A stretch of DNA of 64,000 nucleotides from Candidatus Geocrenenecus sp. JGI 0000106-J15 (GTDB lineage: Archaea > Thermoproteota > Nitrososphaeria_A > Caldarchaeales > Wolframiiraptoraceae): positions 23,027-87,026 of the forward strand of contig ASPF01000004.1 of NCBI GenBank assembly GCA_000405685.1, given 5' to 3'. The notes beneath the pieces were generated by a model. The model did not search any database, was not told the origin of the DNA, and worked only from the letters and a program-made list of their open reading frames with translations. Every line of letters starts with the position of its first letter. The stretch's first letter is position 1. Shown piece after piece: positions 9,836-18,103 of this stretch. The translations under genes and the position numbers were made by a program.

Positions 9836-9848
9836 TTTTTTACTTTTT
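9836..9848 (+). terminator. oligo-T terminator candidate after dsrD
   Basis: TTTTTTACTTTTT run 26 nt after the dsrD stop. Archaeal intrinsic termination uses T-tracts. Confidence 0.35.
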
Positions 9849-9923
9849 CGTATTCAACAAAAATATTTTCCAAAAACTATAGTTAAATTATAGGGGGCTC
9901 ATCTTTACTTGGGTGTTAGGTAC

Positions 9924-10109
9924 ATGTATATAGTAAATGTAGACCGGGAGAAATGCACTGGAGATGGTGAATGCGTTACTATTTGTCCTGTATCTGTCTT
10001 TGAGTTACAAGATGGTAAAGCAGTACCAGTGAATGGAGACCAATGCCTCGGATGTAGGTCATGTGAAGCTGTTTGCCCCTCAGGCGCAATTACGATTACT
10101 GAGATGTAG
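9924..10109 (+). CDS. 2x[4Fe-4S] ferredoxin
   Basis: 61 aa from ATG 9924. Two cluster motifs, CTGDGECVTICP and CLGCRSCEAVCP. Confidence 0.85.
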   Translation: MYIVNVDREKCTGDGECVTICPVSVFELQDGKAVPVNGDQCLGCRSCEAVCPSGAITITEM

Positions 10110-10113
10110 CCTG

Positions 10114-11190
10114 TTATACGTTATAAGCTTTATAACATGTATAACATGGTTCTGGAAGATGAAGACTATCAGTACCTATATCACCAAAACTAAGTATTCT
10201 ACTAATAAGATCTCCTTGACCTCCCCATGAATCAAGTCTTCTTTTATAGATACTTCTAAATCTTGAGAATTCTTTTTTATTATATATCTCTTCTAGCTTT
10301 TCTATTCTTATGTTTCCGAATGTTGTTTTAGGAATATTGTATTGTTTGTTCTTGAAGTATCTTGGGATAATGTTGTTTCTTAAGGGAACGTTTAGATAGA
10401 CACATGGTGAGACAGATCCATCATATGAGATATAGATATTCTCTATAGGGTTCTCAGAGCATACTGCGACTTCCCTCATCTCCAAGGGGTAGTTATAGAT
10501 TGATACTCCAAGCTCCTTCGCTTTCTCTTCACTCTCTCTAACTATCTCAACATACTCTCTTAGAGCCTCTCCTTCTGAGAATATCTTCATCTCGTAATGC
10601 TTTCTGCTTGGAATATAATCTAGGTTTGCACCAACCACCTCATCTACATTCAATCTTGATGCTAGCTCAACTACTTCTGGAAGCTCTCTTATATTTTGCT
10701 TTATTCTAAGGAATGTGAAGATTATCTTCAAGTCTCGAGCATTATTACTCCTCCTTAAACGTTCTAGACACTTTACATTCTCTATTATCTTGTTAAAGCT
10801 TGTGCCTATTCTGATAGATTCATGGGTTTCTTCTCTTGCCCCAGCAATAGATATAGCTATAGTATTGATACCATTCTCTATCAGTTTTCTAGATACCGAC
10901 TCTGTTAAGAGCATAGCATTAGTAGTTAATCCAACTATCCCATCATTTCTACAAGCTACTCTAACCATCTCGAAGATGTCTCTAGATAGGAGAGGCTCAC
11001 CCCATCCTTGAAGCCAGATAATCTTGAATCTCTCGAAATATTCTCTAAGCTTAAGGTAGTCTTCTAGAGCTAGGTCGCCATTACTCCATTCATCACTCAT
11101 GAATGGTTTCGGACACATTAGACAGCAAGCATTACATCTAGATGAAACCTCTATCTGTAGAATACCACTAGAAATCTCCATGAACTCCAC
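10114..11190 (-). CDS. radical SAM protein with partial SPASM/twitch-type C-terminal domain
   Basis: 358 aa. CNACCLMC gives the C-x3-C-x2-C radical-SAM motif, followed by GWGEPLL and GLTTNAMLL. The C-terminal CSENPIENIYISYDGSVSPC matches C-x13-G-x4-C, and a terminal CYTC follows. Convergent with the ferredoxin gene, with stops 4 nt apart. Confidence 0.85.
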   Translation of the reverse strand: MEFMEISSGILQIEVSSRCNACCLMCPKPFMSDEWSNGDLALEDYLKLREYFERFKIIWLQGWGEPLLSRDIFEMVRVACRNDGIVGLTTNAMLLTESVSRKLIENGINTIAISIAGAREETHESIRIGTSFNKIIENVKCLERLRRSNNARDLKIIFTFLRIKQNIRELPEVVELASRLNVDEVVGANLDYIPSRKHYEMKIFSEGEALREYVEIVRESEEKAKELGVSIYNYPLEMREVAVCSENPIENIYISYDGSVSPCVYLNVPLRNNIIPRYFKNKQYNIPKTTFGNIRIEKLEEIYNKKEFSRFRSIYKRRLDSWGGQGDLISRILSFGDIGTDSLHLPEPCYTCYKAYNV

Positions 11191-11321
11191 TCAAAGATGA
11201 GGTCATTAAACATATAAACATTACACTCAATCATCAAACTTTCGCTCTATGATGTCATCTAGGTAAGTATGGAAAGGAATCGTGTTAAATTCTAGAGGTA
11301 TTAATTATTGTTCGTCATACT

Positions 11322-11684
11322 TTATTCTTTTACTGTTAGAGTTTTCTTCTTACCATCTAAAAGAATATCAAGTTTATTTATTATTTCTCTACCGATGAGA
11401 ACTTCTTCTCCTATGTAGTCTGGCTCTACAGGTATGTAGACATTTACTTCACCTATATCTATTTCTAGATTTTTATCTTCTGATATTATTGAAGCTTCCA
11501 CATTGTATACTTCACATTCGATGGCTTCGTTGAATGCTGAGCTAAGCTTCTCTACTCTAACTGGTTTAAGTCCTTCAAAGAAAGTAAGTAATACGAGGTT
11601 TGGGTATATTCCACCATCAAATCCAGTATCTATGATTGATGTTCCAGTAGCTCTCTTATGTATATCTTTACGTTTTAGAGTCAA
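11322..11684 (-). CDS. retropepsin-like (clan AA) aspartic protease family protein
   Basis: 120 aa with a TTG start. IIDTGFDG (D-T-G active-site-type motif) and C-terminal VLIGREIINKLDILLDGKKKTLTV, typical of small prokaryotic retropepsin-like proteins. Confidence 0.6.
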   Translation of the reverse strand: MTLKRKDIHKRATGTSIIDTGFDGGIYPNLVLLTFFEGLKPVRVEKLSSAFNEAIECEVYNVEASIISEDKNLEIDIGEVNVYIPVEPDYIGEEVLIGREIINKLDILLDGKKKTLTVKE

Positions 11685-11757
11685 GCGGAAAACTGGGATA
11701 TCTTCTATCTTTACCCCTCTCGATGATAAACCATCTGGAAAATAACTATAACTCAGA

Positions 11758-12015
11758 CTAAATTATCCAATCACTCCGAATTCTAATTTTAGAAAGCTTC
11801 GGAGATCTAAGCTTAACCAGAACACGTTCGCTCAACTTACTTAGGGCTGTTGGATATTTATTCGAGTATTTTTTGCTAATTTCTTTTCTAAAGTAATGTC
11901 TAAGGATACTTGCTATTACGGAGCTTCTATTACTACCACTCTCACTTACTATTCTGCTTAATTCTTTATATAATTCATCTGGAAGACTTATGCTTATCTT
12001 TTTCACACTAGTCAT
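11758..12015 (-). CDS. ribbon-helix-helix (CopG/Arc-type) DNA-binding protein
   Basis: 85 aa. N-terminal KKISISLPDELYKELSRIVSESGSNRSSVIASILRHYF is a classic RHH beta-strand plus two helices. Lies 73 nt upstream of the protease gene on the same strand. Confidence 0.65.
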   Translation of the reverse strand: MTSVKKISISLPDELYKELSRIVSESGSNRSSVIASILRHYFRKEISKKYSNKYPTALSKLSERVLVKLRSPKLSKIRIRSDWII

Positions 12016-12198
12016 ACCAGTATTACATGATACTATCGATATTTAATTCTTTGAATTAGATTTCCGTCTAAGTTAACTGACTAAAAGAGATTTTAGAACA
12101 TTACTTTTTAGAAACTGTTTTAAAGCCTGTTTTTAAAGTTAACATTTTTTCCATGTAAAAGGATATAAGCCTTTTTGAATTACTTATTTCTGACCTAT

Positions 12199-13566
12199 AT
12201 GCCTGTGGACTGGTCTAGTTTATGGAAGAAAGAAGATTGGTGGGCAGTCTGGGTTGGCTTCATAATAATCCTCATAGGTCTAGTAGCTGCCGCAGCAACG
12301 GGATGGACGGCACAACCATTCCTACAACCATGGACAGGATGGTATCTAAATATCGAAAAGCTAGCTATAGATGCTCAACATGGGCTTGGATGGATAGCAG
12401 TCTTCATCTTTACATTGATTCTAACATTGATAGGGGTATGCGCTATCGAGGGAAGATTCGTTAAAGAATACATCCCAGGATACCTAGTAATGTTCATCCT
12501 TGCATGGATAGCGGTTGCAATTGGAGCAGAACCAACAGTTATTAAGAAGTACGGACTTGAATATCCGTTGTGGGCATTATTAGTGGGTCTACTTATTAGC
12601 AATACTGTCGGTGTCCCGAAATGGCTTAAACCAGCTGTCAGAACAGAATTCTTCATAAAAATAGGTCTGGTAATCTATGGTTTAACCGTAATATTTACAA
12701 ATCTCATTGTAGCAGGAGCTATCGCAGTAGTCCAAGCATTAATAAACGTTCTTGTAATATGGTATGTTGCATTCTACATCTGTAGAGGCTTTGGACTGGA
12801 CAGAGAGTTCTCTACTATAATGGCTACAGGAGTATCCATCTGTGGTGTATCGGCAGCGATTGCTGCTGGAGGAGCAGTTAAAGGAGATCCAAAATACATT
12901 AGTTACACGATCTCGTTGGTCTTAATAACCGCTATACCCATGCTTATCGGAATACCCTATGCAGTAAAGGCCTTAGCGCCGTATATAGGTCAATACTGGC
13001 CTCATGTTGGAGGAGCATGGATTGGAGCAACCATAGATACCACTCCTGCCGTACTAGCAGCCGGCGCATTTCTGGGAGATAAGCCTGGACTTGTTGCTGG
13101 AGTAGTCAAGATGTCTCAGAATGTCTTAATCGGATTTGTAGCATTTATTCTAGCAGTAGCATGGGTGTACAGAGTTGAGAAGAAGCCTGAGGAGAGAGTT
13201 AGCCCAATGGAGGTCTGGTATAGATTCCCCAAGTTTATTCTAGGATTTATCTTAGCGAGCATAGTTGTGACAATGGTGGTGGCGTGGATATCTGGAGTAT
13301 TTGGTGTACCTTTAGACGTGGCAAATACCAAGTATGCTAAACCATATTGGTGGGGAATAGTGGACAAATACAGAGGTGTTATATTCTTTCCATTGGCTTT
13401 CGTCGGTATTGGCCTTGATACTAGGTTTAAAGAATTAGTGGCTATAGGCAGGGGTAGACCTGCTGTTGCATATGTGATCGCTCAATGTATTAACATAGTC
13501 TTCTCGCTATTCCTAGTATGGCTGCTCTGGGGAGGAGTATTCTACACACCGCCACTAGCCGATTAA
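12199..13566 (+). CDS. YeiH/UPF0324-family membrane transporter (annotated in databases as putative sulfate exporter family)
   Basis: Polytopic membrane protein. The core LLVGLLISNT...FFIKIGLVIYGL...ATGVSICGVSAAIAAGGAVKGD matches the family signature (G.sICG.SAi.A). ATG 12199 is preferred over TTG 12175. Confidence 0.7.
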   Translation: MPVDWSSLWKKEDWWAVWVGFIIILIGLVAAAATGWTAQPFLQPWTGWYLNIEKLAIDAQHGLGWIAVFIFTLILTLIGVCAIEGRFVKEYIPGYLVMFILAWIAVAIGAEPTVIKKYGLEYPLWALLVGLLISNTVGVPKWLKPAVRTEFFIKIGLVIYGLTVIFTNLIVAGAIAVVQALINVLVIWYVAFYICRGFGLDREFSTIMATGVSICGVSAAIAAGGAVKGDPKYISYTISLVLITAIPMLIGIPYAVKALAPYIGQYWPHVGGAWIGATIDTTPAVLAAGAFLGDKPGLVAGVVKMSQNVLIGFVAFILAVAWVYRVEKKPEERVSPMEVWYRFPKFILGFILASIVVTMVVAWISGVFGVPLDVANTKYAKPYWWGIVDKYRGVIFFPLAFVGIGLDTRFKELVAIGRGRPAVAYVIAQCINIVFSLFLVWLLWGGVFYTPPLAD

Positions 13567-13583
13567 ATCCACAAAACACTCCC

Positions 13584-13595
13584 TCTTCTTTTTTT
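13584..13595 (+). terminator. oligo-T terminator candidate after the YeiH-like gene
   Basis: TCTTCTTTTTTT run 18 nt after the stop codon. Confidence 0.3.
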
Positions 13596-13650
13596 AAGTA
13601 GGAGTAATTTAAGTAGAGAATAGTTGAGATTCTTATCTTGTGAAGGAATA

Positions 13651-14418
13651 TTAGCTTGATGTCTGTAAGCCTCTTAAATACAGGATTGTGCTTAGAGCAT
13701 TTGTAGATAGGTGACCTGTCAACGCTGATGTGAGCCTGTAACCGTTTCTTATCGTTAAGAAGCCGAAGAGGAAGCCAAAGATAAACATTGGAAGTATCCC
13801 TGCAAGTATTCCTCTATACCAGTGAAGCAATGAAAACAGAATTGTTTGAAGAAGATTCACAATCCATAGATTCTTAAACATCTTTTTTAAGATGTTTATA
13901 GAGTATCCTCTAAAATATGTTTCTTCGATAACGCTCGGTATAACCGTCATGTAGAATGCATAGACCCATGGATTAAGCATGTATGCAAATTCTAATGCTT
14001 TACCCATAGGTATGATGTATCCAAATAGGATATTGAATGTTACTTCTTCAACCCTACCTGGCATAAACTGAATGAAGAATAGAGAAAGTATCCAAGTCAC
14101 GAGAATATAGAATAATGCGAAGACACCTCCAGCAAGGATCTCGTTCAACATTAATCTTAAACCTGAGCTCAAACCTATGTCTCTCAGGCCCATCCTCGAC
14201 CTAACAATAATCAACATCATCGTAAATAGAATAGAGAAGTATTTGAGAGACTGACCAATGTAGAACTCAAACTCACTTGGTGGAGTAAAGAATCTCTCTG
14301 GACCAGCGATTAAAAGCCAAGGTAATCTGATAAACAACATGACTAGAATAGGTGTAAGCCAAAACCAGACCAGCAGTCTCTTCTCATTTAGAATCAATTC
14401 AGAGAGAAGATAGAACAC
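13651..14418 (-). CDS. CPBP-family intramembrane glutamic endopeptidase (CAAX protease/Abi family)
   Basis: 255 aa and multi-TM. Motif 1 is SVIEETYFRGY (EExxxR). A His motif FSLLHWYRG lies downstream. Confidence 0.8.
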   Translation of the reverse strand: MFYLLSELILNEKRLLVWFWLTPILVMLFIRLPWLLIAGPERFFTPPSEFEFYIGQSLKYFSILFTMMLIIVRSRMGLRDIGLSSGLRLMLNEILAGGVFALFYILVTWILSLFFIQFMPGRVEEVTFNILFGYIIPMGKALEFAYMLNPWVYAFYMTVIPSVIEETYFRGYSINILKKMFKNLWIVNLLQTILFSLLHWYRGILAGILPMFIFGFLFGFLTIRNGYRLTSALTGHLSTNALSTILYLRGLQTSS

Positions 14419-14575
14419 GAAAATAATAATTTTTCCTACGTTTCCTCCTTATGCTCCTGCTCTCCGAAGCTACCTAAAATACTCATTGTTATATTTAGAA
14501 ACCATGTGGGAATTAAATGAATTTTTCCATGAAAATATTTTTAATTTGCTGAGTATTTTTTCGGTTGAAGTATGT

Positions 14576-15562
14576 ATGGTTGAAGCTGCAACTGTTCCTT
14601 CTCATCATATCGAGATACAAGTCCCATTTTGGTTCTGGGAACTATACCATGCAGTAATCATAATCTTCATATTAATAGACTTGCTAGCAGGAGTTAGAAG
14701 GAAACATGCGATGACCTATAAGGAGGCTGGAGCATGGTCTGCTTTATGGATAGCTGTTGGACTTGCATGGGGAATATTTGTATACTGGTTCACAGGCCCT
14801 GAAAAAGGGTTAGATGCTTTAGGATTATATTATGCAGCGTTCCTTGTTGAGAAAGCTTTAAGCATGGATAACTTATTTGTCTTCGCTATAATCTTCAGCT
14901 ACTTCTCAGTTCCATTGAGGGTGCAACCAATAGTACTATATGTGGGTATAATTACAGCAATAATACTCAGAGCTACATTCATAGCAGGCGGGTTATGGCT
15001 TATCGAGCAATTCCACTGGACTGTATACATCTTCGGAGCAGTCTTAATATACTCGGGATACAAACTGTTAAGAGCTGGAGAAGTAAAAGTAGACCCATCT
15101 AGAAACCCTGTTGTAAGAATGGCGCGGAGATTCTTCCCTATAGCTGATTATTATGATGGCGCTAAATTCATCGTCCGCTCAAAACAAAGTGGAAAACTGT
15201 TATTTACTCCACTTATACTTACACTTCTCGCAATTGAGACCTCTGATGTTATATTTGCATTTGATTCTGTCCCAGCTGTGATAGCTATTACGATGAACTT
15301 CTTCCTAGCATATACTTCTAACATTTCTGCGATCCTTGGGCTGAGAGCATTATACTTCCTCATAGCAATCACGATGTTTAGATTTAAGTATGTTGGTCCA
15401 GCTCTAGCAGGAATACTAGTATTCTTAGGAATTAAACTACTTGCTACACAGTTTATCACCATACCACTATGGCTATCAATATCAATAGTATTCACAGTCC
15501 TAGGAGCAGGAATAATCCTCTCTATAATAAGAAAAGAAGTAAAGAAAGAAATCGAGGGATAA
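14576..15562 (+). CDS. TerC-family integral membrane protein
   Basis: Multi-TM. The paired signatures KALSMDNLFVFAIIF and ETSDVIFAFDSVPAV are diagnostic of TerC/Alx proteins. ATG 14576 is preferred over the upstream TTG 14486. Confidence 0.85.
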   Translation: MVEAATVPSHHIEIQVPFWFWELYHAVIIIFILIDLLAGVRRKHAMTYKEAGAWSALWIAVGLAWGIFVYWFTGPEKGLDALGLYYAAFLVEKALSMDNLFVFAIIFSYFSVPLRVQPIVLYVGIITAIILRATFIAGGLWLIEQFHWTVYIFGAVLIYSGYKLLRAGEVKVDPSRNPVVRMARRFFPIADYYDGAKFIVRSKQSGKLLFTPLILTLLAIETSDVIFAFDSVPAVIAITMNFFLAYTSNISAILGLRALYFLIAITMFRFKYVGPALAGILVFLGIKLLATQFITIPLWLSISIVFTVLGAGIILSIIRKEVKKEIEG

Positions 15563-15640
15563 AATATAAGTAAAACTAAGAAGCTTTAACACCTACAAAA
15601 TTTATAGCATAAAGGTATAGAATAATAGAGTAGGCCATAT

Positions 15641-15766
15641 GCGGGGGTAGCCGAGCCAGGTCAAAGGCGCAGGGCTCAGGCTCCACCTAATAGTGGATGA
15701 GAGCCCCTGAACACATCCAGTGGGGAATCCCATAGGGGTTCGTGGGTTCAAATCCCACCCCCCGCA
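15641..15766 (+). tRNA. tRNA-Leu(CAG) with two introns
   Basis: Acceptor GCGGGGG/CCCCCGC with discriminator A, and T-arm GTGGG-TTCAAAT-CCCAC. The anticodon stem CAGGG/CCCTG has CAG at 15677-15679. The long variable arm TCCCATAGGGGTTC parallels the Leu(TAA) gene. Extra sequence is about 23 nt after position 37 (15681-15703) and about 18 nt between the anticodon stem and the variable arm (15710-15727). Boundaries are approximate. Confidence 0.85.
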
Positions 15767-15962
15767 TTACAAGCCCTTATCTAGAATTAGGTAAGCTATT
15801 GGTAGCCTTGAGGAATGTTGTTAAAAATTATACTTGTTTATGAACATGTATATACCTTCCCTGTTGAGAATTATTACAAGTTATTATACAGAAATTTTTC
15901 TATCAATGCTTTACAAAGAGAAAAACCTATAAGTTAAGTAAAAACATTTTCTAGAGGTTGAT

Positions 15963-16052
15963 GGGCCGGTAGTCTAGAGGCTATGACGCCGCCCTTACAG
16001 AATATTATCGGGGAGACGGCGGAGGTCGTGGGTTCGATTCCCACCCGGCCCA
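15963..16052 (+). tRNA. tRNA-Val(TAC) with canonical 37/38 intron
   Basis: Acceptor GGGCCGG/CCGGCCC and anticodon stem CCGCC/GGCGG. Loop is CTTACA with TAC at 15996-15998. A 17-nt intron lies at 16000-16016. T-arm is GTGGG-TTCGATT-CCCAC. Confidence 0.9.
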
Positions 16053-16331
16053 TTCTTCATCTTACATCTTGATAAATGGTCGATGTCTCTAAAAGAGACC
16101 CGTTACTAAAATTTTTATTATCATCCATTGATGCAGAGAGTAGTTCTAAAGCTTTCTTCCACCTTCACCTATAGTTTTTGACTTTTATCCTAGATCTTCT
16201 CTTCAAGGAGACCATACGATCTACTGATTGCTCCATCTGCACCATCCACGCATATCTTTGGCTTGCCTACTTGTTACATCTTACCGGCAGCAAATTCATT
16301 CTAGTAAATTAACCTAGAAAAAGAAAATCTT

Positions 16332-17870
16332 TTAGCAGGCTTCAATAGTTGAGGGAGGTTTTGAAGATACTGCATAAGTTACCATAGTGACATTGGAAAC
16401 TTCACTAGTGATTCTCCGACTGATTCTATCAATTATATCGTAGTCTATTCTATGCCAATCTGCAGTCATACCGTCGATACTCTCAACAATCCTGATCGTT
16501 ACTATGTATCCTTCTATTCTATCATCACCCATTACACCTACCCACTTATCATCTCCAACTACTGCGAACGCTTGCCATACATTATCATAGATTCCTGACT
16601 TTGATAATTCTTCTTCAACTATGGCTGAAGCTTCTCTACATATCTTAAGCTTCTCATCGTTTACCTCGCCAATTATCCTTACTGCTAGTCCAGGTCCAGG
16701 GAATGGATGTCTAGCCCAGATCTCTCTAGGTATACCTAATTTTTTAGCTATTATTCTCACTTCATCTTTGTAGAAGTCTCTCAGAGGCTCAAGAATTTTG
16801 AGAGAGATCTTCTCAGGTAACCCTCCAACATTATGATGAGATTTTATTAATGCTGAGTGTCTGCTGGTTCTCCCACTCTCTACTCTGTCAGGATATATCG
16901 TTCCTTGAGCAAGCCATTTAACATTCTCTATCTTAGATGAAACTTCTTCGAGAATTTTTATGAATTCTTCTCCAATAATCTTCCTCTTTGTTTCAGGATC
17001 TCTCACATCTTTAAGCCTTTCCAGGAATCTATCTGCTGCATCTACGATAATTAAATTCTTAATCTCGAGATTCTTTAAAATATTTTCTACATTTTCTTTC
17101 TCGTTCTTCCTCAAGAGACCAGTATCAATAAATATACTGTAAAGTCTTTCACCAACTGCATTAGAGACTAATACAGCTGTTGTAACTGAATCTACTCCAC
17201 CACTTACTGCACAGATTACTCTCTCATTTTCTCCTACAGTATTTCTTATTTCTTCAATTATTCTTGATATCTGGTCTCCAGGATTCCACCAAGGGTTTAT
17301 CTTACATATCTTTCTTAAGAAATTCTCCAAGATCTTTGATCCATATTCTGTATGAGAGACTTCTGGATGGAATTGGGTTGAATAAAATCTCTTACCATCA
17401 GTTATTGATGTTATAATGTTTTTCTCGCCTATACTTGTAATAATCCATCCTTCAGGAGGCTTGATAACTGTATCCCAATGGCTCATCCACACCCAGAAGC
17501 TATCGGGTAATCCTTGAAAGATCTCATCTTCATGAATAATCCTTACTTTAGTTCTACCATATTCTCTAGAACATTCTTTTACTATTTCTCCCCCGAATTC
17601 TTTAGCTAATAGATGATGGCCGTAGCATATTCCGAGGATAGGTATGTCAAGTTTACGGAGATGATTAAAGTCAACTGTTAGAGCATCGGCTTCTAAAACT
17701 GTTTTAGGCCCCCCTGACAATATTACTCCACCGACATCTTTCTTCTCTAAAGCTTCTTGTAGATCTTCTGGCTCTACTATCTCTGAATAGACTCCAAGCT
17801 CTCTAACTCTTCTCGCTATAAGGTGAGTATACTGTCCACCAAAGTCTACGACAACTATTTTTAACCCCAT
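16332..17870 (-). CDS. guaA: GMP synthase (glutamine-hydrolysing), fused GATase and ATP-pyrophosphatase domains
   Basis: 512 aa. GATase motifs (GICYGHHL, QFHPE) and PP-loop (AVSGGVDS). C-terminal dimerisation domain ends ...PPSTIEAC. Confidence 0.95.
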   Translation of the reverse strand: MGLKIVVVDFGGQYTHLIARRVRELGVYSEIVEPEDLQEALEKKDVGGVILSGGPKTVLEADALTVDFNHLRKLDIPILGICYGHHLLAKEFGGEIVKECSREYGRTKVRIIHEDEIFQGLPDSFWVWMSHWDTVIKPPEGWIITSIGEKNIITSITDGKRFYSTQFHPEVSHTEYGSKILENFLRKICKINPWWNPGDQISRIIEEIRNTVGENERVICAVSGGVDSVTTAVLVSNAVGERLYSIFIDTGLLRKNEKENVENILKNLEIKNLIIVDAADRFLERLKDVRDPETKRKIIGEEFIKILEEVSSKIENVKWLAQGTIYPDRVESGRTSRHSALIKSHHNVGGLPEKISLKILEPLRDFYKDEVRIIAKKLGIPREIWARHPFPGPGLAVRIIGEVNDEKLKICREASAIVEEELSKSGIYDNVWQAFAVVGDDKWVGVMGDDRIEGYIVTIRIVESIDGMTADWHRIDYDIIDRISRRITSEVSNVTMVTYAVSSKPPSTIEAC

Positions 17871-18103
17871 TATCTCTAGACAATGTAATGTAAAAGAATC
17901 TTATAATCTAAACCTTGTATTTTTTACCGACTCTCATAACATGGAGCAAGTAATACCCTGGGTTTAAGATTCAAAAACTATTCTCCCAATATTATATAAA
18001 TTATTATTCGATTGAAAAATTTTCAAGTGGAGTTAGATAGATGATCAGGATACCGCTCGTTTTTAGTAGCCTGTGATAAAGTTTTTTAATTGTTTAAGTA
18101 TCT

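Noticed and set aside
12222-13367. Alternative-frame and antisense ORFs inside the YeiH-like gene (12222-12464 +, 12375-12656 -, 13116-13367 -)
   Set aside because: They are nested within a continuous polytopic membrane-protein ORF carrying the family signature. Their products lack TM periodicity and motifs.
18038-18085. Possible box C/D sRNA (AGAUGAUCA...CUGUGAUAA) upstream of the 18104 gene
   Set aside because: There is only a degenerate C-like box, no CUGA D box at the proper spacing, and the candidate is too short for a C-D'-C'-D layout.
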